NCBI GenBank assembly: GCA_964016885.1
Contig: OZ024741.1
Coordinates: forward strand, 101,432,001-101,496,000
From: Eledone cirrhosa
Lineage: Eukaryota
Direction: 5' to 3'
Length of the DNA stretch: 64,000 nucleotides
Numbering within the stretch: the stretch's first letter is position 1; every line of letters begins with the position of its first letter. The translations under genes were made by a program, and so were the position numbers. The notes beneath the pieces are model-generated. The model had not been told where the DNA came from. It ran no database searches and was given only the letters and a program-made list of their open reading frames with translations. Of this stretch, positions 45,621-58,904 are shown piece after piece.

Positions 45621-45952
45621 GTAAGTATATTAACATCTTTAATTCATTGTTTATGGATTGTCATTTTAAAGTCAAGTTTCCATTATTAAAAATAAGTCAT
45701 AACTATCTAACAATGTAATAAATTAGTATTATTATACTTTTTACCCTTTTGATATGAAACTGCCTGAAACCACTCCTGGTTCTACAATACAAACCTGCTT
45801 ATTTTAAAGTGTATTTAGTTTTATAAAAAAAAAAGAAAAGAAAAAAATCTTCCTCTCTAATTCTATGTAAGAACCTTTAAGTTATGTTCCAAACAGCAAT
45901 TTAATGATAACAATGGTAGTGACATTAAATCCTTATAATATGTATATAGATT

Positions 45953-46061
45953 GAGCATTTTCCTTTTGCTTTCTTTCTCCAGATATCCTGCATATACTCA
46001 CATATAAATGTGTATGTATATGCAGGATATCCAGAGAAAAAAGGCATAGGAAAAAATGCTC
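45953..46061. repeat. Imperfect ~110-bp palindrome (MITE-like fold-back)
   Basis: GAGCATTTTTCCT...GATATCCTGCATATAC / GTATATGCAGGATATC...AGGAAAAAATGCTC. Confidence 0.8.
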
Positions 46062-46993
46062 ACTCTAGTAAAAGGTAGCTTATTTAGTTTACTTTAATGT
46101 TCATACATTTAATATGTATGTGCGCCCTTAGGTTTATATATATAAACAAAGCATTTGACTTAAGCATTCAAAAACTTTGAAATGTATGTGTGTCGATGCC
46201 AATGACAATCATAATAGTTGAGAAAATTTGGTAAGGTACCCCTGAAGATGGAAAACATGTTAAACATTGGAAATTATGATTCTGCAATAAATAAATAAAT
46301 TTTGAAAAAATTTTACATCTGCTTTCCGAGCTGGTATGAGATGGACAAATTATTATGATCAGAGTGACTTTATCTTGCTCATATGTTCTATATTTGTCAT
46401 AGTTTCTATGGCTGGGTGCCATTCCTAATAACAACCACCTTATAGGGTGTATGTGGTACATTTTTCTTGGCACCATCACTACCACTTTACAGAGTGAACT
46501 GAGTGCATTTTATTGTGACTGGCACCAGCACTTTCTACAGGGCAGGCTTGGCATATTTTGTTGTGGTACCAATACTATTGAGATTGTTATATGATCATCC
46601 AGATTGAAGAGTCCTTTCAGAGTCTATATTATTTCCATTCAGTTGCCACACACTGTAGCCTCTGGTCTCTGTTTATACAGATATATTTTTATGGCTTGTG
46701 GTGTAGTAGGATGTTGGACTCATACTCATAAGGTTATGGTTTTGATTCTCATACTGGGTGATGCATTGTGTTCTTGAGCAAGGCACTTCATTTCACATTG
46801 ATTTAGTCCACTTAGTCGAAAATAGGTATCAACAGAATCTGGGAATTATGCCTGTGACAGACTGACATCCTTTCCAAGAGGGACTCTTGTATTCCTGCTT
46901 TACACCTTTGAAACAAGATTAAATTACAGGCTTTTTCCACCCCATGCAAGTATGACAAAACAATAACTCTAACATATATTTATTTGTTTACAG

Positions 46994-47069
46994 GAAATAT
47001 CTATTTCCAGGCAATTAAGTTCAATTCTGCGGCACAGAGCTATAGATTTGAAGCTTAATATGGACTCTG
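46994..47069 (+). CDS. TRPT1: TRPT1 exon EISISRQLSSILRHRAIDLKLNMDS
   Basis: AG/GT bounded; Tpt1 S..LRH motif (catalytic Arg-His). Confidence 0.92.
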
Positions 47070-47829
47070 GTAAGTTTTGAATTGTTTATAAACATCAATC
47101 AAGTCAAATGTACTTTATTCACAACTACCATTACTGCTTTTCTACTACTCCTCCCACCAAACACCATTCATTATCCCCTCTACTACTCTCTCACTCCAAT
47201 TCAGCTTGTCTTTCTCATTGTACTCTTGCACCCTCACCCACTCACCTTAGGCCACCTTCTGTCATTGCTCTCTCTTCTATTCACCCTCCTGGTCATGTTG
47301 CTTTGAATGAACAGAGACAATGTAGAGTATTGGGCACCCCTTAGTGGAGTTTGTCTTTATGCCAACTTGATGAAAGTAGCGGACATGTTATGATCTTATA
47401 ATTTCCCCTCAGCAAAGCATGTTCACTTAGCAAGTTGACTTGACTTGAAGGATAGTCAAATAGTGTGAAGCCCGTACCGTATTTAAAAACTAAGTGAGGG
47501 TTGGCACTAGAAGGGTCATCGAACCATAGAATTCTGCTTCAAAAATTCTTGTCTAATCTATGCCTGCATGGAAATGTACATAAAGCCAATGATGGTAATG
47601 ATAAGGTATCTTCTAAGTAAGTTTATTTACAGAGCATACTGGGTACATTTTATCATAGTACCAACACTACCACTTACAGAGAGTACTGACTGCATTTTAT
47701 TGTGTCACCAGCACTACCATTTATAGAAAGTACTGGGTGCATTTTATCGTGGCACTAAATTTGAAGTGGTTTTCATGTTCTTGGCAATTTCTAAATTAAC
47801 ATTTGATCTGTTTTTTATTTTTATTTTAG

Positions 47830-47993
47830 GTGGATTTGTATATGTTGATGATATTCTAAGATTAAATAATTTCCGAAGTGTTACTTTTGAAATGATTGAA
47901 AGTGTTGTCGCTAAGGATGCAAAACAAAGGTTTCACTTGAAAAATGAAGAAGGCCGGCAGCTGATTCGAGCAAATCAGGGTCATTCAATTAAG
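47830..47993 (+). CDS. TRPT1: TRPT1 exon GGFVYVDDIL...KQRF...LIRANQGHSIK
   Basis: AG/GT bounded and phase-compatible; KQRF and IRANQGHS are Tpt1/KptA signatures. Confidence 0.96.
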
Positions 47994-48154
47994 GTTAGTA
48001 ACTGTATAGTGAAAGTGTGGCTTAGTATTTAGAAGTGTTAGCTCAACTGTGCATTGTGTTCCTGTGAAAGATACTTTATTTCACATTACTCCAGTCTACT
48101 CTACTAGAAAAAATGTCACGCATTGTATCATTATACTGGATCTAATTACACTAA

Positions 48155-48430
48155 GAACCTCCTCCTCCTCAAGAGGGTTGGGGGAGCAGAGTCCTCAAGC
48201 ACACCAGAGGGTTGTATCAGAAGCAGTCGGCTCCAACTTAATTCATGGATGTTATACCATTTTCGGGGTCTGCATCTGGGTCTCCTGCCAGTTGGTTTTG
48301 CCTGTAAAATCTGTCCAACAATTCTTTCCTTATACATTCTAACCACATACCTATAGTATCTGAGCTGTGATCGCTCAATCCAGAGCTCAACTTAGAGCGA
48401 CTCTCTGATCTTTGAGCCGCATGTATTTGT
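48155..48430 (-). mobile_element. Expander/Rex3-like RTE 3' fragment
   Basis: QAKPTGRRPRCRPRKW; homologous to 52700-52900 and 58320-58740. Confidence 0.7.
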
Positions 48431-48962
48431 GATTGTATTCTTCTGGTTATTGACTGTAGGTAAAGGTGGGCATGAATATCGTATTGAAGATAGTCTGGCT
48501 TTTACACTTACTTCCCTTCTTCTGTTGACTGAATGATGGTGATGGAGCAATTGGTAACACTGTTAGCTTTCTATGATGAAGCAAGTAAAGATTGTCTCTA
48601 AAAAGCCTAGTTCCGCGTTTGAGAAAAGTACCAAGCTGGTGACTAGTGAAAATATGACTACCAACCAAAACACTGCAATATTGTTAGAGGTAATAAAGGC
48701 AATCATTCTGAATCATCCTTCATACGGTGTAACAAGAGATGCATTCAGGCGATAGGTGAAGGGCCTGTTTGAAAAATATATTGCAGTCTCGATCCAATGG
48801 TGTGAGGACTGATAAGTCTGAGACCTTTGTGCATTCATCCTATGCCTTCAGGGAGGCATGGGATGAATGTACAAAGGTTGCAGATCCCGAGACCCCAAAG
48901 AGGGTCCAGAAGGGAGCAAACCATAGCAATTTATTATTTTTAAATTAAATTTTTGTGACACA

Positions 48963-49179
48963 TTAACACTTTCATTAACATATTTCAAATGAAAGACAGT
49001 GCCTGTGATTTTCATATAATTTTGAAAATAATTAAGAAAATGTTTAGAACATAATCTAACAAGTTCTTACATAAAATTATTATAAAAGGTTTTTAGATAA
49101 ATATAAATATTTTAAAACAAACATCTTTGTTTCATTGAACTAAGTCCAGTTTCAGACAGTTTGGTATCAAAAGGGTTAA
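48963..49179. mobile_element. piggyBac-like MITE relic
   Basis: Ends TTGGTATCAAAAGGG-TTAA, as does 56824-57060. Confidence 0.55.
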
Positions 49180-49570
49180 CATTTGTTAGCAACATGAAAT
49201 AAACAAAACGAATATATGAACAATTAAATACCATATTATATGTCACCAGTTATGTGTCTACTTGTACACTGGTGTTAGATCTCAAATATATATTCATAAA
49301 AATTGATCAGACCTGCCTTAATGTTGCTGCTTATCTGGAGATTTCCAGTGATATACTGAAAATAAGAAGCATTGCACATAGTTTAGAAACATCTGACTTA
49401 GACCATCCACATTTGAGAAACCCATCTCAATCATGTTGTTTAACAGTAAATAAAAATGAAAATTGTAAAATTAGAGAAATTTTTGTTATTTTGTCATTTA
49501 AGTTTTTTCTTTCAAATATTATGTTTATAAATATTCATATTTTGGCCCATATTTTTTCAATGTTTTGTAG

Positions 49571-49669
49571 TTAGAAAATCTTGAGTTGAAAGAAATTTCA
49601 GATCACTCTGAATTTGCTACTGTTGTGCACGGTACTTACTTTGAAAACTGGGAAAAAATAAGGACTCAG
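49571..49669 (+). CDS. TRPT1: TRPT1 exon LENLELKEI...VVHGTYFENWEKIRTQ
   Basis: AG/GT bounded, 99 nt; HGT NAD-binding motif. Confidence 0.95.
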
Positions 49670-49726
49670 GTCTGTACAATTATTTTACTTTGTCTTTTAT
49701 TACAAATTTTACATCTTGAATTGCCG

Positions 49727-50708
49727 ATCATCATCATCATAGTTTTATGTCCATTTTTCTATGCTCTCATGGGTTGGATGGGTTATTTCCAGCACAGCAT
49801 CATTCAACTCGTCCAGTCCTTCATTAACCCAAATGTGAGATTCAATGATTTGAGATCATCTCTCACAACCTCTTCCTAAGTCTTTCTTGATCTCCTTCTA
49901 CCATAGCTCTCTTTCTTTGGTTTTTCTTGGCATTTCTTCACCCAATAATCATCATCCATATGCATCACATCACCAGACCAGCACCAAGATGAGGATTCAA
50001 GGAGGGTTGACATTCTGGGAAGTAAGGACTGGGAGAAGTGGTTAGGGTGGGACCTATTGGAGTGGACACAATTTGGTAACAAGAGAAAGGGACAAAGTGC
50101 CTCAGTGGCTGCAACATGAGACCATCCATCTCTGTGAATTTTGATAAATATATGCACTCAATAGCTAGAAGAAGAATAGGATGTAAGAAGTTTAGAGAGC
50201 TACTCCCACTGTTGACAACAAAAAGTTTCTCCTTACGTACAAAAGGACAGCTGTATGATGCCCGTGTGCAAAGTGTGATGCTGTATGTTAGTAAAACATG
50301 AGCAGTGACTGAGGAGGACATGTGTAGGCTGGAGAGAAATGAAGCAACCATGCTTTGTTGGATGTACTGTGTAAATGTAAGAGAAAAGCAGAGCTTGGAT
50401 GAACTGAGAAAGAAACTGGGTTTAAGAAGAATCCAAAGTGGTGTGCAAGAGAGAAGACTGCGTTGGTATGGGTATGTAATGTACATGGATGATGATTACT
50501 GGGTGATGAAGTGTCAGGAAATACCATTAGAAGGAAGCTGTAGTGGAGATAGACCAAGGAAGACCTGGATAGAGGTGGTAAGAGCTGATCTCAAATCGCT
50601 GAGATTCACAGAGGAAATGACGAAGGAATGTGACAAGTGGAGAGATGCTGTGCTGAAAAGGACCAATCCATGTGAGCATGGAAAAATGGACATAAAAACG
50701 ATGATGAT
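49727..50708. mobile_element. Two old family C RTE 3' fragments (minus ~49727-49970, plus ~50155-50708)
   Basis: [26 protein letters not shown] and RPRKTW; GAT tails. Confidence 0.85.
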
Positions 50709-50793
50709 TGAGTACACTCTGTAAAGTACATGACATCAGTAAGCGAATCAGATTGTAGAACCCATTGAATTTTGTGTTTTTTTTTGTTTTCAG

Positions 50794-50866
50794 GGTTTGA
50801 AAATAATGGGAAGAAATCACATCCACTTTGCGATTGACTTACCTGGACAAGATGGAGTAATCAGTG
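50794..50866 (+). CDS. TRPT1: TRPT1 exon GLKIMGRNHIHFAIDLPGQDGVIS
   Basis: AG/GT bounded; R.HIHF motif. Confidence 0.95.
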
Positions 50867-50912
50867 GTAAGTGGAATTTGTCTTCAAAATTAATATCAAT
50901 GTTGTGTGTATT

Positions 50913-52975
50913 TCATATATGAGTGCTCTGTGCAGGCTTCCTTGAAAGAACATGTGTCTCAGTCTTCGCACCACTGATTTTTATGCCATCCATGCAGCAC
51001 TTGGCATCAAATATATCAGGTGCTTGTTGGAGATCATCTTCTGTCAAGTTAAGTAATACCATGTTGTTTGCAAATTCCAGCTGACTGATCCTACACCTGC
51101 CAGTTGTAGTACCACTTCCAACCTGGCTGTGCATATCAATCCTGTTCATGAAAATAATGAATATGAGAGGTGTCAGTACACACTCTTGGTGGAGTCCAGC
51201 ACCCATATTGAATGGCTTCAATTTAGCACCATTTATCCGAACACAAATACTCGGGTATTCGTATAGAGACATCAGAGCAGCAAGACGCTGACCATCGATC
51301 GTTTATTCCTACAGCGGCATCCACAGTAGGTCCTGCCTAATGCAGTCATATGCTTTTTTGAGATCTACAAAACAAGAAAACAACTCTTGGCAGTACTCCC
51401 ATAATAACGCAAAGACCTGTCGCAGTGTGAATATTTTGTCAGCTGTGCTGCATCTGGGGCAAAAGCCACATTGTTCATCAGCGAGCTTAGCTTGACAATC
51501 TCCCTATATCTCTCTGCCAGACACTTAGCATAGATTTTACTGGTCTTTGCTAGACACTTAGCATAGATTTTACTGGAGAGGCTTAACAAGCAGATACCTC
51601 TATGATTGGAGCAATCTCCCTTGTCTCTCCTTTTGAAAATTGGGATTCCCACTCCCAATTGCCATTGCTTAAGTGCTTTTCCAATGATCAGGCCACCTAG
51701 CACACATGAGACAGCTAGAGAATACCTTCTCTATTTAAGGCTTTTAACATCTTGGGCCAGATTTCATCTTCCCCAGTGGCCTTGCCAGATTTGAACTCTT
51801 TAATTGCTCTTGTGACCTCAGCTTCCAAGAGATTAATCATTCGCTCCAGATGCACCTCGTGTACATCAGAAGATGTTGCAATTGGGTTTAGGAGATCAGC
51901 AACATATTCTCTCCACCTTGCGAGGATGCACCTCTCTCAAAAAAGGAGTACCCCAGAGACGTTCCTAAAAGCAGGTGTGGAGGAGGCCTTATTACAAAGT
52001 TGGCGGCTGGTCTGTCAACACTTTATTTGCTAATCTGAAAGTCCTCCCATGTCTTAACTTTGGATGCCTTTATTGTCTCTGCTGCAACTTGTCATACCTA
52101 CTTGTACTGCAAATGCAAGAAGGAGGACTTGTTTCCGAGCCAAGCTTTGTAGGCCTCCTTCTTTGCTCAGATGACATCTTTGACCTTTTATTGAACCAAG
52201 GGGTCCTCCTGCCATGCTGCATTTAACAGCTGAAGCAAAAACTGCTGAGTAGAACAATCTCCACACCATTTCAATGTCCTCACTTTGCTCAGGGATTTCT
52301 CTGAATTTGGATGCGATGGTATCTACATATGTGATCCTGACTTTCTCGTCCTACTTGTGAATGGAATTCTACTGAAGCAGGTGGAGAAGTTTAAGTATCT
52401 TGAGGCTGTGGTCACAAGTGATGGAATGCAGGAGGCTGAATTAAGTGCAACAATTGCAGGAGCTGGTACAGTAATGTGCTAGCTTCAGCATTCAGTAATC
52501 AGAAGAAGGGAGGTAGGTGTAAAAGCCAAACTCACTATCTTCAATTCAGTATCTGTGCCAACCCATACCTCTGGTTATGAATCTTGGGTAATGACTGAAA
52601 GAATATGATTGTGAATACAAGCAGCTGAAATGGGGGTTCCTCTGAATGGTCTTACTTGACAAAGTGTGTAGCTCGGAGATCAAAGAATCACTTCAGGTAG
52701 AACCGCTACATTTCTGAATTGAGAGATCACAGCTCTGATATTACAGAATGTGGTTAGAATATCTTAGGAAAGAATTGCTGGACAGATTTTACAGGCAAAA
52801 CCAACTTGCAGGAAACCTAGGGGTAGACCCCCAAGGAAGATGGTTGGATAACATCCAAGAGCTCGGCTGGTCTTGCTTGGGGATCCAGCTGGATCAATTG
52901 GAGATGGTTGCTTCTGATAAGATATGCTGGAAGGACTGCTCCCATGACCCTCTCAGGAAAAAGTGGGCAAAGAAG
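50913..52975. mobile_element. Decayed Expander/Rex3-like RTE with an inverted 5' part (minus 50913-~52285, plus ~52355-52975)
   Basis: Minus ORFs contain NHRGICLLS, GLHQECVLTPLIF and KISGAKTETHVLSRKP; the plus part continues VNGILLKQVEKFKYL through to the 3' end. Confidence 0.75.
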
Positions 52976-53609
52976 ATATATATATATAATGGATTTTACA
53001 TTGTTCAATCAGCTGATCATCCAAATTATGAATTAACTTGTAAGCGGTTCAGTATCCCACAGATAAATTTGCTCATAACAGTATGAGACAAAAGCTACAG
53101 GTTCAAGCCACGTGATAGGCTTTTCTACAGTGTCCATTCACCCAATTTAACTCACAAGGCTTTGGTCTATCCATGGCTGTAGTAAAGTCACTTGCCTAAA
53201 ATGCCACGCAGTGAATTTCAATCCAGGAATTCAATATTGTAATTATTATGTGTAATAAAAATACAAGAGTCTCACTATGAATTTTTTTAAAAAGCTGTGA
53301 TCATGTCAGATAGCCTTTTTTAGATTCTTAGCATGGTTCATCATAGGGGTGTATATCAAAACGTATACAATACGCGAGTTCCACTTCTAATTACCTCCCT
53401 TTAATCAGTCATGTTCACTATGTGCAAATGAACATCTCCAGCTGATATTTCATATACAAAAGCCATATTGGCTTTAGCCTATTTTGTCTCAGTAGCGAGT
53501 GAGTAAATGTCATTGACGATGAATAAGAATCCAGAAATAGCTGTCAAGCATTCTCATCACTACTAAATAGCTGTGTCACAATCAAAGATTTTTTTTCCAA
53601 TTCATAACA

Positions 53610-53770
53610 ATAATTGTTTCTTCTTTTGGCACAAGGCCAGCAATTACCCCAGTGAATTACTGGTACTTTATTTTATCGACCCCGTAAGGATGAAAGGCAA
53701 AGTTAACCTCAGCGGGATTTGAACTCAGATCATAAAGGGCCGTAACTCTATGCTGCAAAGCATGGCGTCT
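53610..53770 (-). mobile_element. SINE-B partial copy
   Basis: Matches 58905-59060. Confidence 0.8.
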
Positions 53771-54500
53771 TGTGAACTTGACCTAGGCATTACTGTCAGC
53801 AGCGATTTGCGTTGGACAAAGCTCATCTCTAAAATTGTCAAGGAGGCCGAGAGTGTCTTAGCATCACTCAGCAAGACCTTTGTCAGCCGCTCTCCAGCTA
53901 TCTATTTAAAGCTGTATATAGCTATGGTGCGGCCACACTTAGAATTTGCATCACCAGTCTGGAACCCCTATCTTGCTCAGAACATCAACCTCCTGGAAAC
54001 TGTTCAGAGACGTGCAACCAAGCGAATACCCTCCATCAGGCATCTACCATACTCTGAATGCCTTGCTTCCCTGGGCATGGATACATTGAAGCTCCGACGT
54101 CTGGCAACTGACTTGGTAAACCCCCACAAAATTATTAACCATCTTGCTAACAACAACCCTGAGTACCTTTTTGATTTCCATGTGTCTAACACATGTGAGC
54201 ATGCCTACAAAGTCAGAAAACAGCACAGCTCCCATGGCTTTCAGGAACATTTTTTCACACTCAGAGTTACTGAAGCATGGAACAAGCTACCTGCATCAGT
54301 TGTTAGCTGCCGAGACACTGCATCCTTTAAAACCTCCATGCTTCCTGAAATTCGCCAACACTACACCTGATATCCCCTCTCCATATACATGCATTCATGT
54401 ATATCATGACTCATACACTGTTCACTTTCCTGACATTTGTACATTATTCTATGTACTATACATGCACCTGAGCACTGTACACTATAATTTCATTCTTATT
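53770..54500 (+). mobile_element. CR1/L2-group LINE 3' fragment
   Basis: ORF 53750..54370: DLGITVSSDLRW, LYIAMVRPHLEFASPVWNPY, LETVQRRATK, FFTLRVTEAWNKLP. Confidence 0.85.
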
Positions 54501-55109
54501 ATCATATATATCACCATCATCGTTTAATGGTTGTTTTTCCATGCTTGTATGGATTAAACAGGTCGTCCACATTATGGGGCAAGTTTGGCCAGTTGGTTGC
54601 ACTGTACCTTGCTCAAACGGAACTATGTTTTGACTGGGTTTTTTACAGCTGGATGCCCTTCCTTAAACAAGCCATCTTTACAGTGTGGAACTGAGTGGTC
54701 CTGTTATGTGAATGGTATTGCCAGTTGGCCATGTCATACCCTGCTCATGGTGAAACCATATTTTGGGAACTGGGTGGTCTCGTTATGAGGGAGGTCTGGC
54801 CAGTTTTCCACGCTGTACCTTGTTCATAGCAGGACTAAGTTTTGGCTGAACTGTTTATGGTGACTGGAAGCCCTTCCTAACACTAACAACGTTTACAGTA
54901 TGGGACTAAGTGCTCCGTCTTTATGAGGCCAGACTAGTCATTTTGCTGCGCCGTACCTTGTTCATTATGGGACTGTGTTTTGGCTGGGTTTTTATGGCTG
55001 CTGTATGCCCTTCCTAAAATCAACCACATTTACAGTATGGAACTGGGTTGTCCTGTTATGGGGCATATCTGGCCATGCTGTACCTTGCTCATATTAGGAC
55101 CATGTTTTG

Positions 55110-56150
55110 GGCACAGAACAATGAACCAGCCTGAAGTTTCTGGTCTAGCCGGGAAAAACTCAGAATACTGGAGCAAATGTACAGAGATGAGACTATGATG
55201 CGCTTGCGGGTTTTTGAGTTGCACAAAAGGTTCAAAGAGGAACACGTGATATGAAAGTTGACCCCAGGAGCAGAAGGTCTTCAATGAGAATGAATGAGGC
55301 AGATGGTGCAGGGCGATCATTGGCTGGCTGTTTGACTGATTGCAAGTGAGCTGGGCATGAACCACGACAGCATTTGGAAGGTTATCACTGAAAATTTGGA
55401 CATGCGGAAGATTTGCTCAAAGATGGCGCTGAAACTGCTGAATGATGACCAGAAGGAGCGGTGCATGCAGTTGTGTCAGGGCATCATTGAGTGTCTTGAA
55501 ACTGAACTAGACTTGCTGGAGAGAATCATCTCCCATGATGAGTGATGGATCTTTGAGTGCAACCCGGAGACCAAGCGCCAGAGCTTACTGTATGGAGTTG
55601 CCGAGGCTGAAGAAGGCAAGACAGTTGAAGTTCAAAGTCAAACTCATGTTGATTGTGTTCTTCGATGTGAGGGGTATCGTCCACATAGAGTTTTGCCACA
55701 GATCCAGATGATCAGCATGTCTACAAAGAGATCATGCAGCATTTGTTTTGTGAAGTACTCGAGAAGAGCCGAGAGTTGTGGCAGGACAGCTTGTGGCCAG
55801 ATGCTCAGAACGCCCTGAGCATCTGGGCAGTTCCTAGCCAAGAAAACCGTTGCCTAATGGAGCAAACTCCCCACTCACCCAACCTGGCTGTGTGTGATTC
55901 TTTTTTCCCCAGCTCAAGGTTATCAAAGGGAACTGTTTTTTTAATGTGGAAGTCATCAAGAGGGCTGTGATGACGGAGCTGCAAAGAATCCTGGGAAAAT
56001 TCTCCCAGATGTAGATGGAAGCATGGCAGAGAAGAATGGGTAAGTGTGTTAGACTGGAGGAGGATTATTGTGAAGGGGAAAACTTGTAGTTTGGATTTGA
56101 AATATTATTTTTGCGATCCCAGTCCTGTTTCTTTTCTAGCACACCTTGTA
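55110..56150 (+). mobile_element. Decayed mariner (Tc1/mariner) transposon
   Basis: LDMRKICSKMALKLL...RIISHDE*WIF and PHSPNLAVCDSFFP (cf. YSPDLAPCDF); TIR-like end CTTTTCTAGCACACCTTG-TA. Confidence 0.8.
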
Positions 56151-56261
56151 TATATACACATATTTATATATATACATATATATATGTATAAATAAATATA
56201 TCTCTCTACATATATATGTATAACATTGAAAATAAGACCAAATACTGTTAGTTATATCATA

Positions 56262-56350
56262 TTTTAATTAACGCAAGTTTCTTCCATCTCACAGGATATA
56301 TAATTAATTATTAGTTAATTAATTATATGACCCAATTCATCAGAATTAAA
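56262..56350 (-). ncRNA. Type I hammerhead-like motif (stem II base degenerate)
   Basis: Minus strand: TTTTAATT-CTGATGA-[AT-rich hairpin]-GAAAC-TTGC-GTT-AATTAAAA; 8-bp stem I. Confidence 0.55.
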
Positions 56351-56644
56351 AAAATATAAGAAACATTATTACCTCTGCGATTCATTTTGTATATGAGTTT
56401 ACATTACTGGTAATGTTTACATTTGAATATGACCTACGTCAGTATTGAAAACAATTCTCAAAATGCGAAGTACAACCATGTCTGAAACCAATAAAAGAAT
56501 CATCATCATTTTGTTTTCCATGCTTTAATGACTGTCAGTTCACCATTTGCCACCTTATGTTGTATCTATAGTGTGTTTCATTTGATCATGAGTGTGTTCA
56601 TTGATGTCATCACTACAGATAATTATATTTTCACTTGATTGCAG

Positions 56645-56701
56645 GTATGAGGAATTCATGTGAAATTATTATTTACCTGAATTTAGAGAAAGCCATTAAA
56701 G
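56645..56701 (+). CDS. TRPT1: TRPT1 exon GMRNSCEIIIYLNLEKAIK
   Basis: AG/GT bounded, phase 1-1; completes the SGMR motif. Confidence 0.94.
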
Positions 56702-56823
56702 GTGAGTCTTTCATATTGCACATTTTTGTTTTTCTTTCCTTTTTTTCTTTTGTTTGTTTGTTGTATTAATATATATATAGTAAGAGTTAGTTTGTGACAA
56801 ATGTATCTCTGATGTATAATTGT

Positions 56824-57060
56824 TTAACCCTTTTATGAATGAATTTCTAATGATATACACATTTAATTAACTAATAAAATATTTTTAGGGATTTACTAAA
56901 ATTATTAATTATTTCATTGCTAATATAACAACATAACATATAGTTCTTACAAAAAGTTACGTTGGAAGATTTTTAATTGAAATAAGAACTCTTTAAAATG
57001 GGTAATTTTGTTTCATAGAACCAGAGTTGATTTTGGCCAGGTTGGTATCAAAAGGGTTAA
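56824..57060. mobile_element. piggyBac-like MITE
   Basis: TTAA-CCCTTTT...AAAAGGG-TTAA termini. Confidence 0.7.
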
Positions 57061-58319
57061 ATATATTTTATGTCTGTTGTTAATCCTCAGGCCAACTGTG
57101 ATCTGGAAAACCTATAGTAAAGACATTCCAGATGTGACAATTTCTTCTTTTAGTCAATCATAATGTACTTAGGATTACAATATCCAATGTGTTATTCTTT
57201 TTAAAGAATTAGCAGGGATGTTAGTTGTGCATTGGTCATGTCTTGAGATGTGATTAAAGTGGGGAAAGAAAACTGCTGATTTAGATGTTTATTTCTTGCA
57301 ATGAAATTTGACAAACCACACAGTCCAGGAATCAAACTCATAAGTTTACGATCATGAGCTGACTTAACACCTTAACCACTAAGTCATACACCTTCACATA
57401 GTTTGCTATATGGTTCATGAATTCAAACTTGTATCATTATGCAAAGCACATGATTCTACTTGCCATAAATTAATGAAACTAGTTTAAAAATTGGTATCAC
57501 TCCTTATGCAAACAAGTAAACTTGTTCATAGCTGCTTGCCTTTGAGTGAAAACAACACTCCTAATACCTTTAAGATATTCTAAGTATATGTTTGAAGTTC
57601 TAAATACTAGAGTAAGTAAAGAAGACAGTCACTCCTGATTTAATGACCAGATTCTGTTCCTCCAACCTGGTCATAAAGCAAATTATCTGTTGAAGATATT
57701 GCTCTCGCAAAGGTTGTTCTTAAATAAAAGACCTTGGTCCATAGGCTTGTCCCTGGAACAGAACAGCAGTGGTGTTGCATGGAGCAAATACACTACCTCG
57801 ACATCACTATGTGAGGGATATGTAGGGGTATTATTAAGGCATGTTGGTAGTGCTATAATAACAGTTACATGAGCAGTCATTAAATGATATGGCCTATTCA
57901 ACAGCAGTAGATAATCCCTTTGCCATAATGTATAGGTTTTACTGCCTTAGTAGACCTGACTTAGTCTTTTCATGAAATCGACCTCCGGTGGTTTTGATGA
58001 TGAGTATTCTAGTTCAGTCAATGAAGCTAACATTCAAGTGGCTGAACATTTCACAGACAGATTCAGCATGATACAGTGTGAATTACAAGTACAGTCCATC
58101 TGATGGGTTTATAAAGTTTTTATCTTCATAATTTCACTCACAAGGCATAGGTCAACCAAGGGCTACAGTAAAGGATATTTGCTCAAGATATCAAGAAGTA
58201 GAAATGAACCTACAAACTAATAATTGGGAAACAAGTTTCTTAATCATTTGTCCATGTTGCATCTATTGTCTGTTCTTTAGAGATTGGTAACCCCCTTCTC
58301 CTCCTCTTCCTTATCATCC

Positions 58320-58740
58320 TCCTCCTGAAGGGGTCGTGAAGGCAGAGTCCTCAAACACTCCTTCCAGCGGGTCCTGTCAGAAACAACCGTCTCCGACTGA
58401 TTCGGCTGGATACCCAAGCATGACCAGTCAAAGTCATGGATGTTATCCAACCATCTTGCTCGGAGTCTACCCCTGGGTCTCTTGCCAGTTGGTTTTGCCC
58501 GTAAAATCTGTCATCTAGCAATTCTTTCCTGAGACATTCTAACCACATGCCCATAGTATCGGAGCTGTGATATCTTGATTCGGAGAAGTAGCAGCTCTAC
58601 CTGGAGTGACTCTCTGTTCTCCAAGCTATGCACTTTATTGAGTAACATTACTCCAAAGACCCTTTAGAGGAATCCCATTTCAGCCACTTGTATTCATGAT
58701 CGTATTCTTTTGGTTATTACCCAAGATTCATGATCATGGC
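58320..58740 (-). mobile_element. Expander/Rex3-like RTE 3' fragment
   Basis: Reverse-complement homology to 52575-52900. Confidence 0.75.
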
Positions 58741-58904
58741 TACCCCCTCCATTCTATGTTGAAATGGTTATCATTAATCAGAGAAATCAGTTGTAAATAT
58801 ATAATTTGCTCCTTTACAAATTCCATCTCTTCTTTATTATAACTAAAGGTAAATGGTAAAATATAACACCAAAAAAAAAAAAAAACACTTTTACCAATAC
58901 ACAT

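Noticed and set aside
47766-48032. Standalone or bacterial kptA-like ORF
   Set aside because: It is one exon of a spliced eukaryotic TRPT1 with GT-AG boundaries.
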